NCBI GenBank assembly: GCA_027488815.1
Contig: JAIYAX010000012.1
Location: 531,379-595,378, forward strand
DNA length: 64,000 nt
Direction of reading: 5' to 3'
Origin: Cytophagaceae bacterium
GTDB lineage: Bacteria; Bacteroidota; Bacteroidia; Cytophagales; JAIYAX01
In this document: piece by piece, positions 1-9,871 of the stretch
Position numbering within the stretch: position 1 is the stretch's first letter
How the letters are laid out: the number at the start of each line of letters is the position of its first letter
Translations under genes and position numbers: made by a program
The notes under the pieces: model-generated
Told to the model about the DNA's origin: nothing
Seen by the model: only the letters and a program-made list of their open reading frames with translations
Databases searched by the model: none

Positions 1-2820
1 CGCATGGCAGATCTCAGTGGCATAGACAGTGCCAACAACAACCCTAATTTTAGATTTAGATTGGTTACCGTTGTTGATCCTGCAACTGGTGCATATACTG
101 CGGCAACTACAACTTCTTCATTTGCAGGTACCAGCACTTTACGTCACGATATGGTTAGTGTTTTTGGTTTGGCTATTCCTGACTACAAGCTTCAGTTGCT
201 ACATGCTTCTGATTTGGAAGGTGGACTTGAAGCAACTGTTGATGCTCCTCGCTTTGCTGCAGTGATCGATACATTGGAACATACTTATCCAAACTCGCTG
301 ACACTTTCTTCAGGTGATAACTTTATCCCTGGCCCATTCCTAAGCGCAAGTGAAGACCCTAGCCTTCAAACACCTTTGCGTCAAACGGCTTCTTCTTATT
401 GGGGTGGAAATTCAGGCCAGATCAGAGCAGCCATTGGTCGTTCTGACATTGCCATCATGAACATCATCGGATTTCAGGCCTCGGCATTGGGTAACCATGA
501 GTTTGACCTCGGTACTTCAGAACTAAATAGCCAGATTGGTGTAGACATTCGCAGCTCAGGCGCTGATAAAAGATGGATCGGAGCTCAGTTCCCTTACCTC
601 TCGGCTAACCTGAACTTCTCTGCTGATGTGAATCTAAACTACTTGTTTACCAATCAAAGGTTAAACGTAACTCAGTTTAGAACTGACACGGGTATTACCA
701 ACAACAATCAGAAGCGTGGTCTTGCCCCATCAGCCATTGCCATTGTAAACGGAGTGAAGATTGGTATCGTAGGGGCAACTACTCAGGTATTGCAAACCAT
801 ATCAAACCCTTCACCAACATCTGTAGTAGGTCCTACGTCGAATGACATGCCAGCACTTGCCGGCATTCTTCAACCTTTGATTGACAGCTTGATCATTGCC
901 GAGGGTATCAACAAGATCATTGTGCTTTCTCACTTACAGCAGTTGAACCTCGAAGAGCAACTGGCTACTTTACTTCGTGGAGTTGACGTGATCGTTGCAG
1001 GAGGTTCTCATACACTACTAGCTGATGCCAACGACAGATTACGTGCAGGTGATCAGCCAATCAGAAACTACCCACTACTGACCAAAGGTCAAGATGGTAA
1101 GAATACAGTAATCGTAAACACAGATGCTAACTACCGCTATGTAGGTCGTTTGGTAATGGATTTTGATGCAAGTGGTGAAATCATTGTGGGTTATCTTGAC
1201 CCAGCCATCAATGGAGCTTACTCTACTGACTCATTGGGAGTGGTAAGAACCTGGGGTAACTTCAACAATGCTTTTGCAGCAGGCACCAAAGGCGAAAGAG
1301 TAAAAGTTCTTTGCGATGCCATTCGTACGGTAATTATCAGCAAAGACGGTAACATCTTTGGTAAGACCAACGTGTTCCTTGAAGGTCGCCGAGGTGCTGT
1401 ACGTACTCAGGAATCCAATCTTGGTAATATCACCGCCGATGCTAACCTTTGGTTTGCCCGCAGTGTTGATCCTCAAGTACGGGTATCTATCAAGAATGGT
1501 GGCGGTATCCGCAGTCAGATTGGTGAAGTATTTGCCGTTGGCTCAAACGTATCGCTACTGCCTCCTCAGGCCAACCCAGCAGCTAACAAGCAGGCAGGTG
1601 ATGTATCTCAACTGGATATTGAAAACTCACTTCGTTTCAACAACAGACTTTGGGTAGTAACAACTACGGCTTCAGGTCTTCGTCGCCTAATGGAACATGG
1701 CATCAGTGCTACAAGGCCGGGTGCTACTCCTGGACAGTTCCCACAGGTAGCTGGTTTGAAGTTCAGCTATGACACCACCCTGACTGCAGGAAATAAGATC
1801 CGCAACCTGGCTATTGTTGATAGTGCTCTAAACATCCTCGATACAATCGTATTCAATGGAGTCCTTTTTGGAGATACTTCACGAGTTGTGAAAATTGTAA
1901 CTCTTAACTTCCTTGCAAACCCTTCAGCACCGGGTTCACAGGTAGGTGGCGATGGCTACCCATTCCCTGCAGTAACCAGCAATGTACTGAAGTTGGATAC
2001 TCTCCCTGGTCAGGCTCCTGGCTTGGCTACCTTCAGTGTACCGGGTTCTGAGCAGGATGCTTTTGCAGAGTACATTAGGAATCGCTTCTTCAGCACAGCA
2101 TATAATGTGGCAGAGACACCGTTAAATTTGGACAATCGCATTCAATTGTTGAATGCAAGAAATGACAGTGTGTTCCCATTTGTTGCTGCACTAAGCCTGT
2201 TTAATAACCTGCTTCCTGTAAACAACACCTCTGTAACCATCTCAGGTGCTCCTACAACGTTGTTGACCATCAGATGGCAACGCTCTACTCCAAATGTGAC
2301 TAGCCCAACGGTAACTTACACTTGGTTAGGCGATCCAATTGGTAATTTCGTAACACCTGCGCTTTCAGTTCCTGCCAATAACAATGGACAAGATACTGTG
2401 CTTACCCTTACTTACCAGGCTGTAGACTCTATTTTGAATGCGGCATCTATCCCTGTAGGTGGTTCAGTTACTCTGTTCTGGAGAGTTAGAGCTAACAGCG
2501 GTGCATTGACACGTTTGTCAACCACGGTATTCCAGATTACCATTACACGTGGAGTACTAAGCGTGCCAACCGATATTCTTGGCAGTCAGTTGCAGCTTTA
2601 TCCTAACCCTGCTTCTTCTTCATTGCTGATCGACAACCAGTTTGGAGAGCTTAAGGAGGTTAAGTTATTCAACCTACTTGGTGAGCAAGTGATGGATATG
2701 GGTGTGAAAAGCATCGGAAACCACACCGTAGAGCTCAACGACCTTGCAGATGGTACTTATATGGTTCGTATAGCTACTGACAGAGGCGTTGCAGTACGCA
2801 AGCTGATCATCAGAAAGTAA
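1..2820 (+). CDS. 5'-nucleotidase / calcineurin-like metallophosphoesterase family protein with T9SS C-terminal sorting domain; the 5' end probably lies outside the window
   Basis: The frame is open to base 1 and there is no signal peptide after the listed Met at 4. It has the metallophosphatase motif GNHEFDLG and a 5'-nucleotidase-type C-terminal region (NLGNITADA, GGGIRS). The last ~75 aa (LQLYPNPASSSLLI...DGTYMVRIATDRG...KLIIRK) fit the Por/T9SS type-A CTD pattern. Confidence 0.8.
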   Translation, partial: RMADLSGIDSANNNPNFRFRLVTVVDPATGAYTAATTTSSFAGTSTLRHDMVSVFGLAIPDYKLQLLHASDLEGGLEATVDAPRFAAVIDTLEHTYPNSLTLSSGDNFIPGPFLSASEDPSLQTPLRQTASSYWGGNSGQIRAAIGRSDIAIMNIIGFQASALGNHEFDLGTSELNSQIGVDIRSSGADKRWIGAQFPYLSANLNFSADVNLNYLFTNQRLNVTQFRTDTGITNNNQKRGLAPSAIAIVNGVKIGIVGATTQVLQTISNPSPTSVVGPTSNDMPALAGILQPLIDSLIIAEGINKIIVLSHLQQLNLEEQLATLLRGVDVIVAGGSHTLLADANDRLRAGDQPIRNYPLLTKGQDGKNTVIVNTDANYRYVGRLVMDFDASGEIIVGYLDPAINGAYSTDSLGVVRTWGNFNNAFAAGTKGERVKVLCDAIRTVIISKDGNIFGKTNVFLEGRRGAVRTQESNLGNITADANLWFARSVDPQVRVSIKNGGGIRSQIGEVFAVGSNVSLLPPQANPAANKQAGDVSQLDIENSLRFNNRLWVVTTTASGLRRLMEHGISATRPGATPGQFPQVAGLKFSYDTTLTAGNKIRNLAIVDSALNILDTIVFNGVLFGDTSRVVKIVTLNFLANPSAPGSQVGGDGYPFPAVTSNVLKLDTLPGQAPGLATFSVPGSEQDAFAEYIRNRFFSTAYNVAETPLNLDNRIQLLNARNDSVFPFVAALSLFNNLLPVNNTSVTISGAPTTLLTIRWQRSTPNVTSPTVTYTWLGDPIGNFVTPALSVPANNNGQDTVLTLTYQAVDSILNAASIPVGGSVTLFWRVRANSGALTRLSTTVFQITITRGVLSVPTDILGSQLQLYPNPASSSLLIDNQFGELKEVKLFNLLGEQVMDMGVKSIGNHTVELNDLADGTYMVRIATDRGVAVRKLIIRK

Positions 2821-2847
2821 TCTTTTTCAACATATCGATTAGGTCAT

Positions 2848-2881
2848 GGCAGGCCGGGCGAAGCCCGGCCTGCCTGTTTTT
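2848..2881 (+). terminator. Rho-independent terminator after the 5'-nucleotidase gene
   Basis: A perfect 12-bp GC-rich stem ggcaggccgggc / gcccggcctgcc (2848-2859 / 2863-2874) with a gaa loop is followed by tgttttt. Confidence 0.8.
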
Positions 2882-2911
2882 AGGCATTGCCTATTGTGTA
2901 CCTTTGCGGCC

Positions 2912-3535
2912 GTGTCAAAATTAATCAGCATTCATCCGGACAACCCTCAGGAATCCCGAATCAAAGAAGTGGTCGAAGTCATGAGGAAGGGTGGGGTTGT
3001 GATCTATCCTACAGATACCGTGTATGGAATGGGCTGTGACATGTTCAATTCAAAAGCTCTTGAGCGAGTCTACCAGTTGAAGGGGATCAAACCGGGCAAA
3101 TCCAATTTTTCCATCATCTGTAGTAATCTCAGCAATATCGCTGAGTATGCTAAACTGTCAAATCCAGCTTTTAAACTGATGAAAAGGGCATTGCCGGGTC
3201 CTTTTACGTTCGTTCTTCCTGCAACCCATAAAATACCAAAGCTCCTTGAGGTAAAAAAGAAAACCATCGGGATACGTGTTCCCGATCATGCAATACCCAG
3301 AGCTCTGGTCGATGCTTTAGGAAACCCGATTATTACGACGTCTTTACAAGAGCAGGATGAGGGCATTGAATATTCCACGGACCCTGAACTCATCTTTGAG
3401 CGTATGCAAAAGTTGGTTGACCTTGTAATTGACGGGGGTATCGGCCAGCATATCCCCTCAACCATTGTCGATTATACCGATGAGGAGCCTCAAATCATCC
3501 GTGAGGGCTTAGGTAACCTTGACGACTATCTTTAG
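2912..3535 (+). CDS. tsaC: L-threonylcarbamoyladenylate synthase (YrdC/TsaC family)
   Basis: The YrdC-domain signature VVIYPTDTVYGMGCD is present and the N-terminus IHPDNPQESRIKEVVEVMRKGG is typical of the family. The ORF-track start at 2846 runs through the upstream terminator hairpin, so the in-frame GTG at 2912 (or the ATG at 2981) is preferred. Confidence 0.8.
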   Translation: MSKLISIHPDNPQESRIKEVVEVMRKGGVVIYPTDTVYGMGCDMFNSKALERVYQLKGIKPGKSNFSIICSNLSNIAEYAKLSNPAFKLMKRALPGPFTFVLPATHKIPKLLEVKKKTIGIRVPDHAIPRALVDALGNPIITTSLQEQDEGIEYSTDPELIFERMQKLVDLVIDGGIGQHIPSTIVDYTDEEPQIIREGLGNLDDYL

Positions 3536-5028
3536 CGGGGATTAATACGATCTGTACTTCCCGGCAACTCGTCAACATTCATGTAGGTTCGGGGCAAATT
3601 TTCCCTCCAGTTCGGGTTATTGAGTTCTCCAATCGCATCTGAGTGCACCAAACGCCAGGCATTGTTTCCCCGATTGTCCTCTAAGAACACAAACACCCTG
3701 TTGGTTTGTGCAATATGCGTGATCTCCTGTGGTATGTTGTAGTAACTCCAAATCTCCAGAGGGATTGGATTTGAGTTTCTTGAGGCAGTACGTGCAAAAT
3801 CTGTGATTTCGTTTTCAATCCGGTTGGGGATACCATACTGCAAAAACACCCTCCCACGGTCAGTTTCATACGCCCTGAAGGTTCGGGTAGCGTACTTTGC
3901 CTCTGCTGTTTTTAGCCTTTGCACATAGTCTTTGTAAGCTTGCTCGGGTTGCTCAGGATTGCGCTTTCTCCAAAAAAACAACAGATAACTGCGCTTTTGG
4001 TCCGCAGTACTTTCCTTTACCAAGGCTTTGGCCATATTGATCTCCTGCTCCGTAGAAGTTGGTCTTATGGCCTTTAGCATTCGGTTCAAAAGGGTGTCAG
4101 GCATGTTTTCAACGAAGGTGCCTGCGATCGATTCAGGCATTTCCATCTCCTGACGCTTTTTCGCCTCTTCATTGACTTCTTTGTAATTGCTCCGCTGAAA
4201 GTATTTTCGGGTGCGTGCTTTGGGCTGGTTTAATTTATCCCTCAACTCAATTACCAAATAGTAATTACCTGCCGGCACTCTTTCAATGATCATGTCAGCC
4301 AAAATGGGCACTACTTCTGCCGATTTATGCTTAGTGAAACTCTGTTCTTTGTAAAGGGTATAACCGTTATCTGCATTAACAAATTTGTAAAACAAGACGA
4401 AAGGCTCCCCTGACCCCAATACTTTTTCAGTATGGTATAACTCTGTATAAAACTTAAGGTTACTGATTTCTTTTGGGAAGAAATTACTTACACGATGCTC
4501 AAGAAGGTAATTGTTCTTTACCCTTGGTCCGCTTTCACTCATCTGGCTGTAAGAGGTAATGAGTTCTACATCTGAAAAATAAACTCCGGTGTCAGGAACA
4601 TTTACATTTAACTTTACCTGGGCAGAAATGCCACTATCCACAGCAAATTCGTCTTTCATTCTGATGTCCAGTTGGTACTTTCCATAGGGTAACATGACTT
4701 GCTTCTGCTCATAAAGAACCGGCACCCTTTGTTGGCTGTCATTTTGAACCGGGCTTTGAAGTTGAATCTTCTCCGCATGAAACATCTTGCCTTCTTCATT
4801 GGTGATAACCGTGGTAATCAGGACAGATGCCTTCACTCCTTCAGTAAATGACTTAAACTGCAAACTTTCACTCTGGATGGTGATGTATAACTCTGTAAGT
4901 GCCTGTTGCTCACTTCTTGGAAAGACATGATAATCGATGGTGCCCTGAATAGTCTGTGAGCAAACTGAAGTGTTTAAGCAGAAGAAGCTGCTTAGAACCA
5001 GTATGTAAAAACGATAAGAAGTTCTCAT
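3532..5028 (-). CDS. GWxTD-domain secreted protein of unknown function
   Basis: It has an N-terminal signal peptide (MRTSYRFYILVLSSFFCLNTSVCSQ). The C-terminal region AYETDRGRVFLQYGIPNRIE resembles the GWxTD domain core (xxTDRG...yG.P). Confidence 0.6.
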   Translation of the reverse strand: MRTSYRFYILVLSSFFCLNTSVCSQTIQGTIDYHVFPRSEQQALTELYITIQSESLQFKSFTEGVKASVLITTVITNEEGKMFHAEKIQLQSPVQNDSQQRVPVLYEQKQVMLPYGKYQLDIRMKDEFAVDSGISAQVKLNVNVPDTGVYFSDVELITSYSQMSESGPRVKNNYLLEHRVSNFFPKEISNLKFYTELYHTEKVLGSGEPFVLFYKFVNADNGYTLYKEQSFTKHKSAEVVPILADMIIERVPAGNYYLVIELRDKLNQPKARTRKYFQRSNYKEVNEEAKKRQEMEMPESIAGTFVENMPDTLLNRMLKAIRPTSTEQEINMAKALVKESTADQKRSYLLFFWRKRNPEQPEQAYKDYVQRLKTAEAKYATRTFRAYETDRGRVFLQYGIPNRIENEITDFARTASRNSNPIPLEIWSYYNIPQEITHIAQTNRVFVFLEDNRGNNAWRLVHSDAIGELNNPNWRENLPRTYMNVDELPGSTDRINPR

Positions 5029-5076
5029 ATAGCGGATTAATTAAGCTAAACTAGTTTATTTACACACGACAAACAA

Positions 5077-5682
5077 ATGTTGAGCCCTCAGGTTCCTTTT
5101 TTGATGCCTCTTTGCTACCTGCCCGATGTGCGCTTTTTCAGGGCATTAAAGAGCCCATGGTTCAAAGGATTTACCATTGACTTGCCTTTTGTGCCCAAAT
5201 CATTGCAACAAAGATGCTATCTGATGGGCAATCATCAGGTCATTCGCCTGTCTGTTTCAGTTAAACATCAACGAGGCACTACGTTGAGATCAGCATTGCT
5301 TGACCACACCCAAAGCTGGAAAAAGGATCACCTTGGCGCCATAAAGGCCTGCTATGGCAAGGCACCCTTTTTTGAAGCCTTGTTTCCATTGCTGGAAGAG
5401 GCCATTATCAAGCCTCATGAAACGCTTTTCAGTTTACAGGAGGCAACTCTACAACCTGCTTTACAAGTGCTGGGATTGTGGAGGCCTGAACTGTATGTCT
5501 ACCCATCACATAAAGAACAGGAGTGGCAGATTTGGCAGCCTGAAGACATCCTGCGAATGCAGCAGAAAACGTTGCATACTGACAAAATAGCGGACTTTAA
5601 TACTGGCAATGATTTTGCATCAACCCTCTCGGTTTATCACCTCTTGTTTTATAAAGGTAGAGATTCATTCAACTTTATATAG
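5077..5682 (+). CDS. WbqC-like family protein
   Basis: The layout is WbqC-like: an N-terminal YLP..RFF segment, QQRCYLMGNHQVIRLSVSV (compare the family pattern RNRC.I...G...LsiPv), and a YGKAPFFEALFPLLEE segment. Confidence 0.55.
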   Translation: MLSPQVPFLMPLCYLPDVRFFRALKSPWFKGFTIDLPFVPKSLQQRCYLMGNHQVIRLSVSVKHQRGTTLRSALLDHTQSWKKDHLGAIKACYGKAPFFEALFPLLEEAIIKPHETLFSLQEATLQPALQVLGLWRPELYVYPSHKEQEWQIWQPEDILRMQQKTLHTDKIADFNTGNDFASTLSVYHLLFYKGRDSFNFI

Positions 5683-5800
5683 GCCGGTAGCGTTATACCA
5701 TCAAAATATCCTTGCATGTGGATGATTAAACTTGTCCGGACCATATGATTGTAAGAATATTTTTCTACTTTTCGACTAACATGCTTTGACATTCGACATT

Positions 5801-8326
5801 ATGGAAGCAAAATTTTCTAACCGGGTAAAAGAGGTCATCTCCCTAAGCAGGGAAGAAGCTTTACGGCTTGGGCATGATTATATCGGTACCGAGCATCTGC
5901 TGCTCGGCATGATCAGGGAGGGTGAAGGAGTGGCCATCAGCTTGTTAAAAAAGTTAGGTGTCTCTCTGGATGAGCTTCGCCTATCCATCGAGCAAGCCAC
6001 CAAAGGCACTGCAACCGGCAACGTCAAAAATCTGGCGAGCATACCTCTCACCCGTCAATCCGAAAAGGTACTCAAGATCACGTACCTTGAGGCTAAAATA
6101 TTTAAAAGTGAACTGATCGGTACCGAGCATCTTCTGCTTTCCATACTCAGAGATAAAGACAATATCGCCACTCAAATTCTGGATAAGTTTGATGTAAACT
6201 ATGAAGTGATCAAAGAAATGCTAGAGTATCATTCCCATAACCCAACAGCCTCGTCTGATACAGACGATAGCGACGAGGACAGCTCCAGGATGTTCTCCTC
6301 ATCAGGCTCTGGTAAGGAAGGCGCACCTAAAGGGCAGGCTGAGAAATCAAGAACTCCCGTTTTAGATAACTTCGGCAGAGACCTCACCAAGTATGCCGAA
6401 GAAGGCAAGTTGGATCCTATTGTAGGCAGAGAGAAAGAAATAGAGCGTGTGGCTCAAATTCTTAGCCGACGCAAGAAAAACAACCCCATCCTCATCGGTG
6501 AGCCCGGTGTGGGAAAGACTGCCATCGCTGAAGGGCTTGCCCTCAAGATCATCCAGAAGAAAGTATCCAGAGTGCTCTTCGGAAAGCGTGTGGTGACCCT
6601 TGATCTGGCTTCTCTTGTCGCAGGCACCAAATACCGTGGTCAGTTTGAAGAGCGGATGAAGGCCGTCATGAATGAGTTGGAGAAATCCCCTGAAGTTATT
6701 CTGTTCATCGATGAGTTGCATACCATTGTAGGTGCCGGTGGTGCCTCAGGCTCGCTTGATGCCTCCAATATGTTCAAACCTGCTCTGGCAAGAGGAGATA
6801 TACAATGTATCGGTGCAACAACACTGGACGAGTACCGACAGTACATCGAAAAAGATGGTGCACTTGCCCGTCGTTTTCAGATCGTCATGGTCGATGCTAC
6901 CACCCCGGAAGAAACCATCGAAATCCTACACAACATCAAGGATAAATATGAAGATCACCACCATGTCAACTACACCCCTGAGGCGATAGCTGCCTGCGTG
7001 AAAATGAGTGACAGGTACATCTCCGATCGCTTTCTACCGGACAAAGCCATTGATGTGTTGGATGAGGCAGGTGCCAGAGTGCATATCAACAACATCCATG
7101 TACCCAAAGACATCGTTGCGCTTGAAGATCAGATCGAAGAAGTAAAGAAAGAGAAGAATCAGGTCGTAAAGAGCCAAAAATACGAAGAGGCCGCCCGCCT
7201 GAGAGACAGTGAGAAAAAGCTGCTCGATCAACTCGATAAAGCCAAGGCCGCCTGGGAGCAGGAGACCCGCCAAAAAAGGTATACGGTCAATGAAGAGAAC
7301 GTTGCAGAGGTCATCGCTATGATGACAGGCATACCGGTAAGCCGTATCGCTCAGAACGAAGGCCAAAAACTCCTTAACATGGGCGAAGAGCTTAAAGGTA
7401 AGGTGATTGGTCAGGAAGAGGCGATTAAGAAATTGGTAAAAGCCATTCAGCGTACACGTGTGGGGCTAAAAGATCCCAAGAAACCGATTGGTAGCTTTGT
7501 TTTCTTAGGGCCTACCGGAGTTGGAAAGACTGAGCTGGCAAAGGTGCTGGCAACCTATTTGTTCGATAAAGAAGATGCTCTCGTACGTATTGATATGAGC
7601 GAGTACATGGAGAAGTTCAGCATCTCCAGGCTCGTGGGAGCGCCTCCCGGCTACGTGGGCTATGAGGAAGGTGGACAACTTACCGAAAAGATACGACGCA
7701 AGCCTTACAGCGTAGTTCTGTTGGATGAGATCGAGAAAGCTCACCCGGACGTATTCAATCTCCTTCTTCAAGTGCTGGATGACGGAATTCTGACCGATGG
7801 CCTTGGGCGTAGAGTCGATTTCAGAAACACCATCATCATCATGACTTCCAATATTGGTGTCCGTGACCTGAAAGATTTCGGAACAGGCATAGGCTTTAGC
7901 ACATCAGCCAAGCAAGACAACCAGGATGAGATTATCAAGAGTACTATTCAAAATGCGTTGAAAAAGACTTTTTCACCAGAGTTCCTCAATCGCCTGGATG
8001 ATGTGATAGTCTTTAACTCGCTGAGTCGTGAGCATATCCATCAGATCATTGATATCTCTTTGAAGAAACTTTTTGGCCGTATCCTTTCTTTGGGTTATAC
8101 CATTGAGTTGACTGACAAGGCAAAGGATTTTCTAAGCGAAAAGGGGTACGACCCGCAGTATGGAGCCCGACCGCTTAACCGTGCCGTGCAGAAGTACCTC
8201 GAAGACCCGGTTGCTGAGGAGATTTTAAAAGGCGAAATACAGCCCAATGACATCTTGTTGGCTGACTATGATGGAAGCTCCGAAACGCTGACCATCAAAG
8301 TGAAAAAGCAAAAGCAAAAGGCATAG
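5801..8326 (+). CDS. clpC: ATP-dependent Clp protease ATP-binding subunit ClpC (class I AAA+ chaperone)
   Basis: It has two Clp_N repeats (GTEHLLLG.. twice), two Walker A motifs ([16 protein letters not shown]) and a short UVR-type middle segment ([15 protein letters not shown]). The ATG at 5801 (MEAKFSNRV) is preferred over the TTG at 5786. Confidence 0.92.
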   Translation: MEAKFSNRVKEVISLSREEALRLGHDYIGTEHLLLGMIREGEGVAISLLKKLGVSLDELRLSIEQATKGTATGNVKNLASIPLTRQSEKVLKITYLEAKIFKSELIGTEHLLLSILRDKDNIATQILDKFDVNYEVIKEMLEYHSHNPTASSDTDDSDEDSSRMFSSSGSGKEGAPKGQAEKSRTPVLDNFGRDLTKYAEEGKLDPIVGREKEIERVAQILSRRKKNNPILIGEPGVGKTAIAEGLALKIIQKKVSRVLFGKRVVTLDLASLVAGTKYRGQFEERMKAVMNELEKSPEVILFIDELHTIVGAGGASGSLDASNMFKPALARGDIQCIGATTLDEYRQYIEKDGALARRFQIVMVDATTPEETIEILHNIKDKYEDHHHVNYTPEAIAACVKMSDRYISDRFLPDKAIDVLDEAGARVHINNIHVPKDIVALEDQIEEVKKEKNQVVKSQKYEEAARLRDSEKKLLDQLDKAKAAWEQETRQKRYTVNEENVAEVIAMMTGIPVSRIAQNEGQKLLNMGEELKGKVIGQEEAIKKLVKAIQRTRVGLKDPKKPIGSFVFLGPTGVGKTELAKVLATYLFDKEDALVRIDMSEYMEKFSISRLVGAPPGYVGYEEGGQLTEKIRRKPYSVVLLDEIEKAHPDVFNLLLQVLDDGILTDGLGRRVDFRNTIIIMTSNIGVRDLKDFGTGIGFSTSAKQDNQDEIIKSTIQNALKKTFSPEFLNRLDDVIVFNSLSREHIHQIIDISLKKLFGRILSLGYTIELTDKAKDFLSEKGYDPQYGARPLNRAVQKYLEDPVAEEILKGEIQPNDILLADYDGSSETLTIKVKKQKQKA

Positions 8327-8344
8327 CCATACGCAATGCATTTA

Positions 8345-8380
8345 AAAGAAAAGCCCCGGAAATGGGGCTTTTTTGTTTTA
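8345..8380. terminator. Bidirectional hairpin terminator between convergent clpC and the RidA-family gene
   Basis: The hairpin aaaagcccc ggaaat ggggctttt has an A-run on the left and a T-run (tttttgtttt) on the right. Confidence 0.75.
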
Positions 8381-8408
8381 ATCTTAACCGATCTTGGATG
8401 AAATAGTC

Positions 8409-8834
8409 TCACTCCACCACCGCTATGCACTTCAGCTCTATGGCTATTGGGGTGGGCAGGCAGTTGATCTCCAGAGTGGTGCGGCAGGGTGGATTTTGAG
8501 GAAAGTACTCCGCCCAAAGCCTGTTGTAAGTGGGGAAATCGTCCTTCATATTGGTAAGGTACACCGTTACATCCACCAGACTTTCCCATGTTGCTCCTGC
8601 ATCTTCGAGGATAAACCTTACATTCTGAAATACGGATCTTACCTGGGTTTCGATGTCGTAAGAAACAATTTCTCCTTTGTCATTCAGGGTTACCCCGGGT
8701 ATTTTTTTGGTTCCCCGCTCTCTGGGGCCAACACCTGATAAAAAAAGCAAATTGCCCACCCTGCGTGCGTGAGGGTAGGCACCTACTGGCTCAGGAGCCT
8801 TGCCGGAGTTGATGGCCGCTGAGTGATCAGACAT
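8409..8834 (-). CDS. RidA / YjgF / endoribonuclease L-PSP family protein
   Basis: The N-terminal APEPVGAYPHARRVGNLLFLSGVGP and the ~140 aa size are typical of the RidA family. Confidence 0.8.
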   Translation of the reverse strand: MSDHSAAINSGKAPEPVGAYPHARRVGNLLFLSGVGPRERGTKKIPGVTLNDKGEIVSYDIETQVRSVFQNVRFILEDAGATWESLVDVTVYLTNMKDDFPTYNRLWAEYFPQNPPCRTTLEINCLPTPIAIELKCIAVVE

Positions 8835-8837
8835 GGA

Positions 8838-9719
8838 TTATTCGAAATACACCTTACAAGTAGGCGGAACAAGTGCCTTGATTTTGGCCTGCTCACGGTT
8901 GGATATTTCATTCCCTACCAGGGTAAGTTCTTTTAACTGTTTGAGGTTAGCGATTTCCAGAGGTAATGCCGTGATTTTGTTAAAGGCCAGATCTAGACGC
9001 TGAAGGTTTTTAAGTCTTGCAATGGACTTGGGCATATTGGTGATCTGATTGTTACGTAGGTAGAGGGCATTCAAATTGTCCAGATTGCCAAACTCATAAG
9101 GAAGCTCTGAAATTTCGTTTTTGTTAAGCTGTATTTCTGTCAGATTTTTAAGAGCTGCAATGCTTACACCCAAATCTTCAATTTTATTCGAGCTCAGATC
9201 CAGATGCACCAAGCTACCTAGTTTCTCAAATTTAGGCGTCAGTGCCGTCAGGCGATTGTTGAACAAACTCAGACGAACGACATTTTTCATCTTGTCGGCA
9301 TTCTCAGGTAAGTCATAAAGCAGCTTGGAGCTGAAATCTGCGCATAATACGGCTTCAGGATCAGAAAGGGCGTTTTTGATGTTAAAGCATTCGCTCATGC
9401 AATTCTTTTCTATGGGCCCGCTGGCTTCTTTGATCCCCAGAGAAAGTGCTTTAACCATGTCATAACAGGACTCATTGCTGCTAAAGCCCATCTGGTCAGC
9501 AAGCAGATTTTTGGCGCTGGCACGCTGGAAATAAGCATCCCCAAAATCAGGCTTGATCCCAATAGCGTTAGTGAAATCACCTATCGCACGGATGTAGTCT
9601 TTCTTTTTTAGGCTGTTCATTCCGTTTTCAAAATACAACTTTGCATCACTTTGCGAGCTGCCGGAAGCAAGGAGAAAGAAAACAGCCAGAAGTACAACGA
9701 GATTAGTTCTTTGAGTCAC
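8838..9719 (-). CDS. Secreted TPR plus leucine-rich-repeat (LRR) protein
   Basis: It has a signal peptide (LVVLLAVFFLLASGSS) and a TPR-like N-terminus (YIRAIGDFTNAIGIKPDFGDAYFQRA). These are followed by about six 23-aa LRRs (L..L..L.L..N.I..LP). The start is a GTG, and only 3 nt separate it from the downstream RidA gene. Confidence 0.7.
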   Translation of the reverse strand: MTQRTNLVVLLAVFFLLASGSSQSDAKLYFENGMNSLKKKDYIRAIGDFTNAIGIKPDFGDAYFQRASAKNLLADQMGFSSNESCYDMVKALSLGIKEASGPIEKNCMSECFNIKNALSDPEAVLCADFSSKLLYDLPENADKMKNVVRLSLFNNRLTALTPKFEKLGSLVHLDLSSNKIEDLGVSIAALKNLTEIQLNKNEISELPYEFGNLDNLNALYLRNNQITNMPKSIARLKNLQRLDLAFNKITALPLEIANLKQLKELTLVGNEISNREQAKIKALVPPTCKVYFE

Positions 9720-9871
9720 GTGTTTAGTTTTTAATCTTAGGTTCTTTAACGATACAAGGTGTTTTTTTGATACAACGCTTTCTGCAGTAATCTTACATCG
9801 TAAAGAAAAACAATTTGCAGTTAATCATAATCAGATATTTAGCGACAAACGAGGTGCCTTAGCCGACAAAA

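Noticed and set aside
2846-2911. An N-terminal extension of the tsaC ORF (the track start at 2846)
   Set aside because: The first 22 codons run straight through the 12-bp GC hairpin and T-run that terminate the upstream gene. YrdC-family proteins normally begin near the IHPDNP... segment, so the in-frame GTG at 2912 is the more likely start.
3531-3539. An identical 9-mer tttagcggg at two convergent junctions (3531-3539 and 62259-62267)
   Set aside because: It is explained by both minus-strand genes ending in ..Arg-stop (cgc taa) opposite a plus-strand TAG. It is too short to indicate a repeat element.
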